A stretch of DNA of 64,000 nucleotides from Chloroflexota bacterium (GTDB lineage: Bacteria; Chloroflexota; Anaerolineae; Anaerolineales; UBA4823). Below, piece after piece: positions 63,892-64,000 of the stretch (within the stretch, counting starts at the first letter, position 1; the number at the start of each line of letters is the position of its first letter). The notes under the pieces were generated by a model. That model had not been told where the DNA came from and searched no databases. It worked only from the letters and a program-made list of their open reading frames with translations. The translations under genes were made by a program, and so were the position numbers. The stretch lies in assembly GCA_049325275.1 (NCBI GenBank), contig JBMOLU010000001.1:509830-573829 (forward strand), given 5' to 3'.

Positions 63892-64000
63892 CTGAATAAC
63901 CGGGAGGAGACCCGTTAGCGTTCTCCACCCGCGGCTGCCCGGATGTGGCCCTGCATGGGCAGGGGCATCGACATCAGGACAACCGAAGAACAGGCCGGGT

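Noticed and set aside
63864-64000. Calling the metG leader a bona fide T-box riboswitch.
   Set aside because: The candidate GGGUGGAGAACGC deviates from the T-box consensus. UGGA would pair with a U discriminator, not the A expected for tRNA-Met. It is also not contiguous with the terminator 5' strand, and Stem I lies outside the window. I reported it only as a generic attenuator.

Overview
High-GC bacterial chromosomal window with tightly packed genes. Gene content suggests a Chloroflexota-like organism: a bacterial Elp3, an MGDG-synthase-like GT28, NfnAB, DUF951, a YabE-like protein next to KsgA, and Tad-type pseudopilins. This taxonomic call is inference only. Most of the window is housekeeping. 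It holds a polysaccharide-export/sugar-modification operon (1-4650), rsmI, tyrA, kbl, fhs, a ribDE(BA)H operon behind an FMN riboswitch, rsmA, rnhB, tRNA-Pro(TGG), nfnAB and metG. I saw no transposase, integrase, CRISPR array or cas gene. Three regions stand out. (1) 35.7-44.9 kb, minus strand: an ECF sigma/anti-sigma pair followed by Tad-like pseudopilin genes. These include an 882-aa TadE-Calx-beta fusion, a 794-aa secreted protein, a TadE and a TadG-like protein. A motif GTAAC-N16-CGTTyTAC occurs three times at the expected promoter positions and links them. No pilus ATPase, platform, secretin, prepilin peptidase or Flp pilin lies in the window. (2) 35.09-35.69 kb: about 0.6 kb of non-coding DNA holding two tandem, clearly homologous structured units of about 130 nt and candidate promoters on both strands. 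I could not match it to any RNA family I know. (3) 4.8-11.0 kb: a 2063-aa repeat-rich surface protein ending in a GEVED domain and a membrane anchor. Smaller items include an Arn-like lipid-linked aminosugar cluster, a eukaryote-like long-form formate-THF ligase, a terminator/antiterminator arrangement in the metG leader, a dispersed palindromic repeat and an A14 homopolymer. All calls come from reading the sequence and ORF translations; no database search was run.
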